Source of the DNA: a virus
Taxonomy: Duplodnaviria; Caudoviricetes
DNA: 64,000 nucleotides
IMG/VR virus record: IMGVR_UViG_3300035208_002098
Location: 32,001-96,000 of that record
Reading direction: 5' to 3' (one strand)
A program made the position numbers and the translations under genes. The notes below the pieces were generated by a model that ran no database searches, was not told where the DNA came from, and worked only from the letters and a program-made list of their open reading frames with translations. Every line of letters starts with the position of its first letter. Within the stretch, counting starts at the first letter, position 1. Positions 45,676 to 57,055 of this stretch are shown here, one piece after another.

Positions 45676-47259
45676 TTAATATTTAGAGTAAGTATAGTTT
45701 TCAACTTCCTCTTCAGAAATTATTACCTTTTCACGAATTTCTTCATACGTATATTCTTTTAAAATAATACCATTTTCAAATACTGGAATCAATTCATCAA
45801 TTGCTTCTTGAAAACCGGCATCTTTTGAGGTTAATGTTATGTAACCACTTTCGGTTTTAACTAGTTTCATTCGACCAGATTTTGATTTTTTGAAACTTTT
45901 TTGCATTTCACCGTTAGCATCTATTTCAGTTGGTGATTTAGCAACATCTCTCTCAACACCATTAACAATTACAAAGGCTGCTTTAAAAGCGAAGTTAAGT
46001 GTATCACGGTTAATATCAGCTTGTAATAATTTACCACCCATACCAAAACACATGTTTTCAATTGATATTTTTTCTTCACGTAACATATCACAAACAGCTT
46101 GGATTGAATTTATATTTACACCATCACCTTGTATTACTCTAACCTGACTTGGTAATACTTTATAACCTTTAGCGTTAACTGTATATCCAAAATTTTCGAA
46201 TAATGATTTAAATATAGCTTTTAACGTTTCAATAACGTGACCTGAATCAGGTCTTATAACTAACGTACCTTCTCTAGCTAAAATTTTAGCTTTAAGGTCT
46301 TTACCCCAGTATTGATTAACAGCTCTAAGGATATTGTAACTATCAGATACACATGCAATAGTACCAGTAGGATATTTATCCACAACTCGTTCAAACATTT
46401 CTAATTCACCAGCCTCACCACGTAATGTCATGATACTATGTTCTGTTGCTGGGATTGATTTAATAAACACACCTTTTGTGTTGTATAAATCTTGTATTAA
46501 TGATTGTGCCGCTAAGTTATCTGAACCCAAGAAATTAATTGCGTGGGCAGAACCACCATTACGAGCAGATTGTACTGATGATACACCACGTAATCCAAAA
46601 TCGTTTAACGCATATTCAGTAACTATTTTAACAACATCATATGGTAAATTAGATGTATCTTTATATGCTTTAAGGATAATTTTTTTAACTTCTCTTGATA
46701 GGGTAGCAACGGTAATAGGAAACCAAACCTGAAGCATTACTGTTTCTAAGAAATTAACTAACCAAGTACATTCCGGGTCAGTTGACTCAATAGACATAAG
46801 AATATTTTTTGTTGTTACAACCGTACCTTCTGGTACTGCCATAATTCTAATTGGTAATTTACCGCCATGTTTTTCAACAATATAATCAAATTTACTTCTA
46901 TCAAAAACATCGTTACGTCCAAATACTCCTTCAGGACTATTAAGAACTGCTTCAGCTTCATCAACTTCTTCTTTAAGGATAGCAACACCTTCAATAAATT
47001 CTTTAAGGAAAATTTGTAAACCATAGAAACATGTAGTAACAAATACACCACCACGACTTTCAAGATAAGAATAAAACCCGGTAGTATTATCTTCATAAAA
47101 CTTATGATGCGAATATTTGTAAGCATCACCAAGTAATACTAAATTGTTAGGTTTATCTAATACTTTATTAATTAAGTATTGTACATCTGTTAGCCCAGCA
47201 AAATCTTTATTTTTTATCGCTTCAGCTAATCTTCGTTTAATTGTTCTCTGTAAACTCAT
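45676..47259 (-). CDS. nadV: Nicotinamide phosphoribosyltransferase (Nampt/NadV family)
   Basis: DAYKYSH, YLESRGG, AVPEGT, DFGLRGVSS, SIPATEHS, VSDSY, IRPDSG, IQGDG, FGMGG.LLQ. Confidence 0.93.
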   Translation of the reverse strand: MSLQRTIKRRLAEAIKNKDFAGLTDVQYLINKVLDKPNNLVLLGDAYKYSHHKFYEDNTTGFYSYLESRGGVFVTTCFYGLQIFLKEFIEGVAILKEEVDEAEAVLNSPEGVFGRNDVFDRSKFDYIVEKHGGKLPIRIMAVPEGTVVTTKNILMSIESTDPECTWLVNFLETVMLQVWFPITVATLSREVKKIILKAYKDTSNLPYDVVKIVTEYALNDFGLRGVSSVQSARNGGSAHAINFLGSDNLAAQSLIQDLYNTKGVFIKSIPATEHSIMTLRGEAGELEMFERVVDKYPTGTIACVSDSYNILRAVNQYWGKDLKAKILAREGTLVIRPDSGHVIETLKAIFKSLFENFGYTVNAKGYKVLPSQVRVIQGDGVNINSIQAVCDMLREEKISIENMCFGMGGKLLQADINRDTLNFAFKAAFVIVNGVERDVAKSPTEIDANGEMQKSFKKSKSGRMKLVKTESGYITLTSKDAGFQEAIDELIPVFENGIILKEYTYEEIREKVIISEEEVENYTYSKY

Positions 47260-47312
47260 TTTATTTTATTTAAGTTAATAATTTAATTGATTGCAAATAT
47301 ATGAAATTTTTT

Positions 47313-48269
47313 CTAGTAATGCAAGTTAATAAATAACACATTTGGGTCATCGTCATATTTAGCACAACAAAATGCTGGATGATATTGTTCTAAACTTTCT
47401 TTTACGATAACACCATTTTCATCTTTAAATGTATTCTCACCTTCTTTTAGGTAAACACCCCATTGATGTTTTTCATAATAAACATCTTCGATTCTTTGGA
47501 TAACTACTTTAGAATCATTAGGTAAATTATGTTTATACAAAAACTCTTTCAAATCACCAACGGTTAAATAATATGAATAGTCATTTGTTAATTCGTCTTT
47601 TGTAATTTCTTTTATATTTTCTTCTAATATTTTACCTATATTTTCTGGTTTACCACAAACAACACATAATCTAGGATGTGGTTGATTCATAGCTTTACTA
47701 TAACGACAAATATGGTTTTCCTGTGTTATTGTTTGACAAAATAATGGTTCTGTATAGTCAAATAGTTCATCCAATTCGTCCCACATTGGTTTAAATTCTG
47801 TGATTACATTTAACGCTTTTTTAAATCTTGGGTATCGCAATTTATATTTTTTGTACATACCACTACCCTTACTTTTAGAATATGTTCCATTAGCCAATCT
47901 ATCACATAATTTACCAAAAATAGCTAATCTACCTTCTTCAACAATACCATCATAATATTTTTGATTTTCTCGTTCATCCGGTGTTTTACCCTTTTCGTTA
48001 TGTAATGCATAGGAAATATTAGCCACTATTTCACCACAAGTTTCTTTAACATCATTATATGTTTCTCTAGCGTCACTGATAATATCGTGGCACCATAAAC
48101 CACCTTCAGCGAATGGTTTTTCATATTCTGTTAATAAATAAGAATATTTGTGGAAGAAAGATATACCCATTTCTAAATGGAATGAATAAGGTTTACCATC
48201 ATAACTTTGATTCACAAATGCATGTCTTTCACAAGCATAATTTTTACATATTGTAACTAATTTTTCCAT
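47313..48269 (-). CDS. RelA/SpoT-type HD hydrolase domain fused to an unknown C-terminal domain
   Basis: H..Q.Y..KPYSFHL, HDIISD, KLCDRLAN. Confidence 0.7.
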   Translation of the reverse strand: MEKLVTICKNYACERHAFVNQSYDGKPYSFHLEMGISFFHKYSYLLTEYEKPFAEGGLWCHDIISDARETYNDVKETCGEIVANISYALHNEKGKTPDERENQKYYDGIVEEGRLAIFGKLCDRLANGTYSKSKGSGMYKKYKLRYPRFKKALNVITEFKPMWDELDELFDYTEPLFCQTITQENHICRYSKAMNQPHPRLCVVCGKPENIGKILEENIKEITKDELTNDYSYYLTVGDLKEFLYKHNLPNDSKVVIQRIEDVYYEKHQWGVYLKEGENTFKDENGVIVKESLEQYHPAFCCAKYDDDPNVLFINLHY

Positions 48270-48273
48270 TTTA

Positions 48274-51200
48274 TTATTTTTTAAATCCTTCTAACTCTTG
48301 ATGTAATACAACTAATTTTCTAAGACCACCACCATATAAGTTTTTCATATTCATTCTATATTGGCCCCTTACGAATAAAAACATAATGCATTCCATAATA
48401 AAATGTGGTGTGGCAAAAATATAGTGAAATATAGATATTATAGTAGATAATATAACACCACCTAATATTTTTGAAAATAAGGTATTAAAATTCTTAAACC
48501 CAATTTTCATTCTTGTCCAATGTATTTTTTCTTTAAGAATATACACTTGAATTAAATTTTTATTGTTATTTTTCATTTTCTTCTTTTTTAACCTTATCTC
48601 TATATTCATTAACATGTCTATAAAATTCAGTATATTGGACCTTATTAAGATATAAAATATCTTTTGTTTCTATTTTAGGTATACTCATATCAGTAACCCA
48701 CTTATTACCGTCAGTTATATATCTAGTTTTTTCAATGCCATACCAACTATTAGTATCTATTTGAACAATTGAAACATCATCCCAGATATATTTTTCTTCT
48801 TGAAACTCGGTATCATAATTCGTATGGTATGTAATTACACCAGTTTTATAATCCATATAAAAATAATCCGGTGTTGAATCACGAGTTATTACTGTATCAG
48901 CTTTGGTTGCACCAACCTTTTCACCTTTTTTTGTAACTGTTATAAATCTAACAGTAGTATCTTTATCAAAAAAATAATATGTAATTGGTAATAATTTAGA
49001 TTTCTCAGTGTAAATTCGTTCTGTTGGTAAATAATTCGTGAATACACTTGAAACTATTAATGTACCACCAAAAGTAAAACAAAGAACTGTTATAGCTACA
49101 GTAGCCAATTTTTCATTGAACTGTTTTCCGTATAAGCATTTTGAAATTATAACTCCAATTAATGCTGAAATAAAATATGTATACATAAATTCTATTTTTA
49201 AAGTTAATAATTAAACAAGAAATATTGGTATACTGATTAATAATCCTATTATCAATATAGCAACACTACCAGCTGCAAATCCTTCATTTCCTTCTTGTAT
49301 TACCCATTCTCTATCGTATTTTTTTGTATCAGCGTTATAAGTTTCTTTTTTAAGTAAACGTTTATCTTTAGCATAATTTCTATGAACAAAATAACTAATA
49401 AATATTACTAATATAATCCATATAAAACCAAATGCTATTTGAATTATGTCTTCACCAATAACTTTATATATAACTAAAAACATAGTTATTTTACCCAATT
49501 TAGTTTCAGAAAAATCTGAAGCAGTTTTAGTTATTGCCGTTAATGCACCATCAAATGCATAACCAACTTCTTTACCTAGACCAACCCACTTGCCAATATT
49601 TTCAACTTGTGTGTCTGTTTCAGTTATAGTTTTAACTGATTTGATTTGATTCTGAACATCAATAGGTAATTTATTTAATTCCTCTTGACTTAAACTTGTT
49701 TGAGAATACGTTACTAATGAAAGTAATACGATAAACAAAAATGACACTAATTTTTTCATAAAATAATTTTTAAGATTAATAATTTAATTACACTGCAAAT
49801 ATAAAACAAAAAAGTGAGACTACCAAATATAATCTCACTTTTTTTTAATTTATTTTAATATTATTATTTTTTCCATGTAATACCCGGACAATAATCTTTT
49901 TTCGAAGCTGAAAAGTAATCACCAAATATACCAGTGAAATTCTTCATACCTTCCCAAAACCATAGACCAAACGATTTGAATACTTTAAGGCATAAAAATC
50001 TCCAGATGAAATGATTAAATATGAAATTTAATGGGATTAGAACTAACCAATATAATGGAGTGTATACAACATAATATAATGGTTTAACAATACCTAAATA
50101 TAATACTTGTATGTACCACACTGAACCACCATGTTTATATTTTGCCACAACATCTTCAATATGACCAGCAATTATTTGAAACAATTTATATAATAAGAAA
50201 ACTATTACAGTACCAATAACAATAGCTAAAATAACCTGTAAAATAATTTTCCATATCGACATTATAAATATACCACCAGCTATTAACCCTAATGTTAAAT
50301 AATTAACTATGAAGTATGTTACAAATAAGAATAATAATGTAATTAAAACACCAGTCACTTTTTTAGCTACTTTAATCATAGTAGTAAAATCTAACGATGA
50401 TAATTTTTCTAATGAAGATGTGATTGAATCCCAAGCATCACTAAGAAATCCTAATTTATTGTTAATTTTTCTAATTAACTCATCACGTTTTTCTTCTTTT
50501 AATTCAGCTTTACGTTGACGTTCATATCTAAGTTGTTCACGTTCATCTCTAACTTTTTTTAATTCAATTAAAATCTGTTCTCTATCAGACATATTATCCC
50601 AATCAAGATTTAAATTTTCTTTAGCCCAATCAGTTAATAGTTTTTCGCCACTAACATTTACCTTTTTAAATTTTTTAGGTATTCGTCCATATGAACCATA
50701 ATTATAAATCTCATACGCAGTATATGCATCTAGACTAATTACCCACTTCTCTAAACTTTTTAAAGTTTTTTGATAAATGTATTTGTCTACAAAATTACCA
50801 ATCGCATAGATTAATTTAAACAATAGTTTAAACGGACCAACAATAGGTACCATAATTACACATACGAACATTAGAATCCAAAAATACCGGCAGAAGTTGA
50901 AGGTATTACTTGGTTTTGGTGAGTTATCACCTAAGAACCATAACATTAATTTATAATGCCAAGAGTTCTCACTTAATTCAATCAATTTGATTTCATTTTC
51001 CATTTTTAACTTTTTTTAATTTATACTTATTTTACGTTATTTTTATTTTTATATTACCAATCAATTTTTATTGCATATTCACCAGCTTCGATAAGACCTT
51101 TTTTATGTAAGTCATTAGCTACCGCTTGTACATTCGGGTAAAAATTTCTTTCCCAGAATAAACCAATATGACTTTTATCTTCACACCATGACTTTCTATC

Positions 51201-51503
51201 ACTTGTATCATAATAATAATTACAAGTTTTAAGTTCGGCATCAGATGGGTTTAAAGGTGCTTTAGGGTCTCTATTTAACCATACATCAAATTTAACACCC
51301 ATATTTCGTTCATCATTTATGATTTCAGGTATTTTATCATTCATATATTCATCAGAGTATTCTTCTGGTATGGTTATGTATATAAGGCCTCTACCTCTAC
51401 AACCATCTTGTTGTTGAATATGATATAGTCTACCATAAGTGTTTGAGACCAATTCATCCCAATCACAATCTTCAATCTTTTGTATGTTTTTAGTTTTAAT
51501 CAT
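48274..51503 (-). other. Hypothetical, mostly membrane or secreted ORFs (48274-~48576, 48566-49186, 49211-49759, 49864-51003, 51054-51503)
   Basis: Hydrophobic segments. Signal peptide in 49211. Confidence 0.6.
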
Positions 51504-51507
51504 AACT

Positions 51508-52443
51508 CTATAATTTAATACTATTTAAAAAATTTTCCATTAATTCAACATGTTCTTCCATAATAATATTATGTAATTCCAATTTATCACTAGCTTTTTT
51601 AAGGTCATTAATTAAAACCCATGAAAGTTCACAAATATCATCTGTTGGTATTGGTGAACCAAAAATAAATGTCCCTACAAATAATGTTGACATAATACCA
51701 TCTTTAGCCCTACGATATCTCCAATCATCAATCTTTTGACTGCAGACATATCTTAAATCACCTATTTCACAACCACCAGTTTCCTCACTAAATTCTCGTT
51801 TAGCAGCTCGTTCTTTACTATTATCACTTGGGTCAACAAACCCACCAATGAATCTCAATTTGTTTTCATTAGGTTTTTTGGCTAATAGAACTTTACCTTC
51901 ATTATTTACACATGCAACATCCACAGTATTATAAGCTGTTGGGTATCTGTCAGCCTTACCATATATAACACCAGCTCTAAAATCAGAAGAACCTAATATT
52001 TCTCTAGTAACTTCTTTTCTAACTTCAGTACCACTATAAAATGTATCTGTTATTAATTCAACTGTTTGGTGTTTACCGTGATAATGAGGTATAAACGAAT
52101 CCCTACTACCATATAATAAAGCTTTACCACCATTAAATGTCATATCGATTTGCTCATCGATATTTTTAGACCATTTATTGTCATCACGATTATCTTTAAC
52201 AGGTAATATAATTACGTTAGGATAATCATTTTGTAGCATAGCCTTACGAGTAGCAAAATCTAAAGGGTCTGTTTCTGGCCGATGTATTGGTGGTATACCT
52301 AAGAATAAAATCACTTTTTTATGATTTTTACACACATCTTCAACTAATTCTCTTTGTGATGGGTGTAATTTATGCACTTGGAAGCGAGCTATGATACATC
52401 CAATGCTATAATCATTTGGGTTAACAACTCTTTTTATCTCCAT
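51508..52443 (-). CDS. Bifunctional NMN adenylyltransferase / Nudix (NadM-Nudix type)
   Basis: ARFQVHKLH, DPLDFATRK.ML, LYGSRDSF, SGTEVR, GGFVDPSD...AAKREFSEETG. Confidence 0.88.
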   Translation of the reverse strand: MEIKRVVNPNDYSIGCIIARFQVHKLHPSQRELVEDVCKNHKKVILFLGIPPIHRPETDPLDFATRKAMLQNDYPNVIILPVKDNRDDNKWSKNIDEQIDMTFNGGKALLYGSRDSFIPHYHGKHQTVELITDTFYSGTEVRKEVTREILGSSDFRAGVIYGKADRYPTAYNTVDVACVNNEGKVLLAKKPNENKLRFIGGFVDPSDNSKERAAKREFSEETGGCEIGDLRYVCSQKIDDWRYRRAKDGIMSTLFVGTFIFGSPIPTDDICELSWVLINDLKKASDKLELHNIIMEEHVELMENFLNSIKL

Positions 52444-52447
52444 AATG

Positions 52448-53227
52448 TTATTTTTTTATTATCCATTTATAATTTTTATATTCACTTTTTTTCATTTTAA
52501 CAAGATGATAATGTAATTCTTTATAATAAAAACCATTCTCATTTTCTGCTTTAGCTATACTTGGGTATGTACTTATTAAATTACCTTCTAAATCATATTG
52601 TTCTATCTCAATAGAAATAGCACTTTGTAAGTTTTTACTCTTTAATGTATCACTTATTTGCTTTTTCATGTTATCAGTAATTATATAACCACCATTATTT
52701 AATCTACTATTCTTAACCTTTTCAATTCTATTAATTTTTACATTAAATTCAATATCACCCCAATAATTTTTTAATGACTCACCTCTTTTTTTTCTAGTTT
52801 CGTCACTTTGTATTAACCCAATATGACCTAACCTATTTGCCTCAACATGTTCGTCACTTAATTTTCTACCAGTTAATGATTCCGATATTTTCTTCTTAGT
52901 TTCATCACTTCGTTTCATACCAATATGAGAATTCAACCCAGCAATCAAAACCATATTTAATTCTGGTTTTTCATAATCTAACCATTTTTGTTCTGTTTCA
53001 ATTAATATATTAATATCTTCAACATACTCTAATATTTTAAATTCAAAACTATCACCACCATATTTATTCCAACTATTCTGTAGTTTTATTGAATGATGTT
53101 TATTATTATTCAATAATCCAGTATGTGTTCTTTTTCTTCTTATAAAATCAGTAGTACTACCGATATATTTTTTACCGTTTTGTTTATTAGTAATACAATA
53201 GATTACTTGTTCTTTTTTATATTTCAT
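52448..53227 (-). CDS. GIY-YIG homing endonuclease with NUMOD3/NUMOD1 motifs
   Basis: VIYCITN..NGKKYIGS, LQNSWNKYG, SDETKKKIS, IEQYDLEG. Confidence 0.9.
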   Translation of the reverse strand: MKYKKEQVIYCITNKQNGKKYIGSTTDFIRRKRTHTGLLNNNKHHSIKLQNSWNKYGGDSFEFKILEYVEDINILIETEQKWLDYEKPELNMVLIAGLNSHIGMKRSDETKKKISESLTGRKLSDEHVEANRLGHIGLIQSDETRKKRGESLKNYWGDIEFNVKINRIEKVKNSRLNNGGYIITDNMKKQISDTLKSKNLQSAISIEIEQYDLEGNLISTYPSIAKAENENGFYYKELHYHLVKMKKSEYKNYKWIIKK

Positions 53228-53331
53228 ATTAGTATTTTAATATAAATATAAAGCTAGCAATCAAAAACCCTACTTCATAATATTTTTATTTGAGAATACA
53301 AAGATATGGTAATTTTTTGATATATGCAAAT

Positions 53332-53880
53332 TTATTTTGATTTATTTTTAGATAAAAGTTCTCTAACCATATTATTAGCCATTTCTTCGGTTATATTTTC
53401 AGTTATAACATCAACTTTAACCCATTTACCACTTTCATTTTTCTCGTGGAAAGTCCAGTCATCTTTAGGTATATTAATAAAATCTTCGGTATAATTCCAA
53501 TCAGTACCTTCATTACAATTTATTTCAATTGTATTTTTTGTAGCATATTCTCTAATTTTACTAGTTTCAATCATAGCAAACTCAGAACATTCTAAATTCC
53601 ATATAATATACCAATCTGATTGATTGTTTGCTTTTCTAATAGGTATGTGAATTGTTTTGAAGTTATTTTTAATAGCTGAAAAAGGTCTTCTCATTTCTGT
53701 TTCGAAACTTACAACCGTACCATCTTTAATAAATTGTAAATCCCATTTTTTATAACTCTCTTCATCAATATCACCAACTAATAAATAACCTTTAGCTTCC
53801 ATCATTTCTTTTAGAGCTAGTTTAGATGGTTTATCCATACCATCATAAGCTTCCTTATTAAATGGTCGTACTTTTGTCAT
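53332..53880 (-). CDS. Hypothetical, possible PD-(D/E)XK fold
   Basis: WDLQF...FETEMR. Confidence 0.4.
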   Translation of the reverse strand: MTKVRPFNKEAYDGMDKPSKLALKEMMEAKGYLLVGDIDEESYKKWDLQFIKDGTVVSFETEMRRPFSAIKNNFKTIHIPIRKANNQSDWYIIWNLECSEFAMIETSKIREYATKNTIEINCNEGTDWNYTEDFINIPKDDWTFHEKNESGKWVKVDVITENITEEMANNMVRELLSKNKSK

Positions 53881-54311
53881 ATTAAATATTTTTGTTGTAA
53901 TTCAACTGGTAATGATTTTATTCCAGAACTACTATAATGAAGATATTCTACATCACAAAATAATGAAACAATCCTAATATCCGGTTTTATATCTTTTAAA
54001 AAACTATAAAGGTTTTGTTCGTATGCTAAATCAGTTGCATTACGTAAACCTCTGACTAATACTACACTACCATATTCTTTTTCTAATAATGTTATAAAAT
54101 CGGTCAATAATGTCCTATAAGGCATTACAATATTATTAGGTAACTTTAGTCTTAATTCATTAGCGATAATAATATTTTGGCCTTTACAATCCTTTTGACT
54201 ATTTACACCAACACCAACAATAACTTCATCAAAAATATCCATTGCTTTACCTAGAATATCGTAATGTCCTTTATGAAATGGGTTAAAAGACCCAGCGTAT
54301 AATCCTACCAT
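53877..54311 (-). CDS. coaD: Phosphopantetheine adenylyltransferase
   Basis: YAGSFNPFHKGHYDI, LVRGLRNATDL.YE, SSSGIK. Confidence 0.9.
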   Translation of the reverse strand: MVGLYAGSFNPFHKGHYDILGKAMDIFDEVIVGVGVNSQKDCKGQNIIIANELRLKLPNNIVMPYRTLLTDFITLLEKEYGSVVLVRGLRNATDLAYEQNLYSFLKDIKPDIRIVSLFCDVEYLHYSSSGIKSLPVELQQKYLI

Positions 54312-54319
54312 AATATTAA

Positions 54320-55573
54320 TTAATCTCTATTAAAACCAAGTCTTTTCTTTTCTTGAGCCAATTGGCTACCATAAAATCCACGATACGATTCTTTAATTAG
54401 TAATAATGTATCACTTAATGTCCAATCTTTTATGGATTCACTCATAGAATTTAAATTATGTGATAAATTAGCTATAAATGCACCAGTTACATTTATTTTA
54501 TTACCCAGTTCATCATTACCTCTTAAAGAATCATACACTTCTTTTATTTGCCATTTAGTCTCTAAATGTAAATTACAGACATCTTCTATTTGAGTACTAT
54601 CTAGATAACCAAAATCTAATATCATATTAAATCTACCCGGTCTTTCTGCAGCACTATCAACCATATCTTTAGAATTAGTACTGGCTAAAACACTAATTTT
54701 ATTTTTTTTAATACCATCAAAAAATTGAAGGAACGAATTTAATGCTGACATATTGCCATTACCACCGTTACCAGTTCTATTGGCTAAATAAATATCAACA
54801 TCATCAATTACAATAACACCGGGGTCAAATATCGCACACGATTCTAATATTTGTAATAAATCATTACTATTATAAAAATTAGGTATTACAAATGTTGCAT
54901 TACCTAATAATGAAAACATTATTTTACGAATACTTTCAGTCTTACCAGAACCGGGTTTTCCATTAAAAAGGAAACGACATGTATTATTATTCATAACTGA
55001 TGTTATAAAATGGTCAACAAATCTTTTTTGTGTCGCATTTAATATAATATTTTTATTAAAATCTGATGTATTTAAAATTTCAATACCCTCAAATCTACTT
55101 TCATATAAAGTTATTTTTAATACTTTACCTTTATATTCAGAATTATTATAAGCTAATCTTTTAAACTCATTGAAAATTGAGTCATATTGTTTTTCATTTA
55201 AACCATTTTTTGTTGTGATACCTAAAACATTACATAGTTTACCATAACCATTCAAATATTGTCTTGTTTGAATTATAGTCATATCATCTATTTTATCCCA
55301 AGAAACGCTAAACCACCATGGGTATATGTCTTTTCTTCCACCACCAAACGATATTCTTCCAGTATTTGCTTCTGATATACCATAAGTATGTACTTTAATA
55401 CCTAAATCATTATCATTTAAACATTTAAATAAAAAATTATTTATTATAGCAAATTCAATTATAGATATGTCACGTTCAGCTAATTTATCTGTTTCATAGT
55501 CTATACTTTCTACACTACCAACTAATTCTACTTTAATTGGTTCTTCTTCAGAACATTCATCTAATGTATGCAT
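54320..55573 (-). CDS. AAA+ ATPase
   Basis: GKPGSGKT, IVIDDVD, STN, DSAAERPGRF. Confidence 0.88.
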   Translation of the reverse strand: MHTLDECSEEEPIKVELVGSVESIDYETDKLAERDISIIEFAIINNFLFKCLNDNDLGIKVHTYGISEANTGRISFGGGRKDIYPWWFSVSWDKIDDMTIIQTRQYLNGYGKLCNVLGITTKNGLNEKQYDSIFNEFKRLAYNNSEYKGKVLKITLYESRFEGIEILNTSDFNKNIILNATQKRFVDHFITSVMNNNTCRFLFNGKPGSGKTESIRKIMFSLLGNATFVIPNFYNSNDLLQILESCAIFDPGVIVIDDVDIYLANRTGNGGNGNMSALNSFLQFFDGIKKNKISVLASTNSKDMVDSAAERPGRFNMILDFGYLDSTQIEDVCNLHLETKWQIKEVYDSLRGNDELGNKINVTGAFIANLSHNLNSMSESIKDWTLSDTLLLIKESYRGFYGSQLAQEKKRLGFNRD

Positions 55574-56205
55574 TATATTTTATTTTTTTCAATTAATTCT
55601 AATTTTTGTTTCAATTCTTGTAATCCACCAAAATCACCTAATGTTGTTTTCGATGTAGATAATTTAGGAACTTTCTTTATGATTGGCATATCAATCGTTC
55701 TAGGCTTATTAAAGGCTTCTTTATTTTTGGGTGGTGTACTAACCACTTTTTTATTAAACATGTCTGTATTGGCTTGTTTAATAGCCCAATTAATATGTTT
55801 ATCACCTTTAAGAACTTTATCAACTAGCCATTCATAAAATATTTGATATACTGGCATAGCTATGAATGTATCAGTATCATTACTAGTAATTCCCATACGT
55901 TTATCACCAAACGCTTTTACTAACGGATGCTCAATTTGTTTTCCATCAGTGTTGAAACCACTTTTAATGTGTTCCATCATATTTTCAAAATAGTCATTAC
56001 TACGTGAAACCTCAAAAACTTCTTGAACTGATAATAAATGAATATCACTTATAGCACATTTAAATCTTCCTTTTGGTTTATCAAAAACTTTCTCAGCCTT
56101 TCCTACTGGAAAATAGGCTTTAATTAAATGTGTTAAAAATTTTCTTGATTTTTCACCACGATGCATTTCGTCTAATCGTTTATACACATCTTCTTTTGTA
56201 ATCAT
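55573..56205 (-). CDS. Hypothetical protein
   Basis: Translationally coupled ORF. Confidence 0.6.
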   Translation of the reverse strand: MITKEDVYKRLDEMHRGEKSRKFLTHLIKAYFPVGKAEKVFDKPKGRFKCAISDIHLLSVQEVFEVSRSNDYFENMMEHIKSGFNTDGKQIEHPLVKAFGDKRMGITSNDTDTFIAMPVYQIFYEWLVDKVLKGDKHINWAIKQANTDMFNKKVVSTPPKNKEAFNKPRTIDMPIIKKVPKLSTSKTTLGDFGGLQELKQKLELIEKNKI

Positions 56206-56585
56206 TATATGAATATGTTAAAAGTTAATATTATTGTTGTTATATGTAATAGTTGGTCTAAACCTAAAACTCTAAAAAAACCACTATAATTCTTTTTAGC
56301 GTAAAATTTAGAAGATAATTGACTTGTGAAAAAATCAATAATAGTATGTATTACACCGTTTATAACTGAATATTTAATTACTAAAATTATTGGTAATATT
56401 TGCATAAACATCACAAGCGATAACGCAATTAACAAACCAAACGATAATGTATATTCGCTACCATGTATTAATAGATATTTAATGTTTTTACTTTTATTAT
56501 CGGCTATTTCACGACTTTGAAGTAAATAATCAGCTATATAATGTATAATAGCTAATATAACAAAATAATTTAATCCTACTGCCAT
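56205..56585 (-). CDS. DUF3307-family membrane protein
   Basis: HYIADYLLQ, H..ID, LDQLLH. Confidence 0.85.
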   Translation of the reverse strand: MAVGLNYFVILAIIHYIADYLLQSREIADNKSKNIKYLLIHGSEYTLSFGLLIALSLVMFMQILPIILVIKYSVINGVIHTIIDFFTSQLSSKFYAKKNYSGFFRVLGLDQLLHITTIILTFNIFI

Positions 56586-56989
56586 TACGATAAAAATGTT
56601 TTAATTACTTCACTGGCCATTTTACCATCATATTCACCAGCATAATTTTCTGATAAGTATGACATAACTTTACCCATATCTTTCATAGTTGAATATGAAT
56701 TATCTTCAACAATCCTTTCAACAATACTAGTTAATTGTGTTAAACTCAATACTTTTGGTAAATAACACTCCAAGTAAACATTTTCATCAATTGTATTACA
56801 TTCAACATTCGATGAAATTAATTTCTTAATTATTGATATGGCCTCACCATCAGTTACCGGTGATGTTCTACCAACTTCTTTAGATTTTTTATCCATTTCA
56901 CCAATTAATGTAGATAAAACATTTTTTTGTGCTGTATTACCACTCTTTCTAGCTGACAACATATCGCCAGTAATTTTTTCTAATAACAT
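56585..56989 (-). CDS. GatB/YqeY-domain protein
   Basis: YLPKVLS, MKDMGKVM...GEYDGK. Confidence 0.85.
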   Translation of the reverse strand: MLLEKITGDMLSARKSGNTAQKNVLSTLIGEMDKKSKEVGRTSPVTDGEAISIIKKLISSNVECNTIDENVYLECYLPKVLSLTQLTSIVERIVEDNSYSTMKDMGKVMSYLSENYAGEYDGKMASEVIKTFLS

Positions 56990-57055
56990 ATTTTTTAATT
57001 TATAGTTAATTTTTACCAAAAATACTAATAATAAATGACTATTTCAATTATATTA

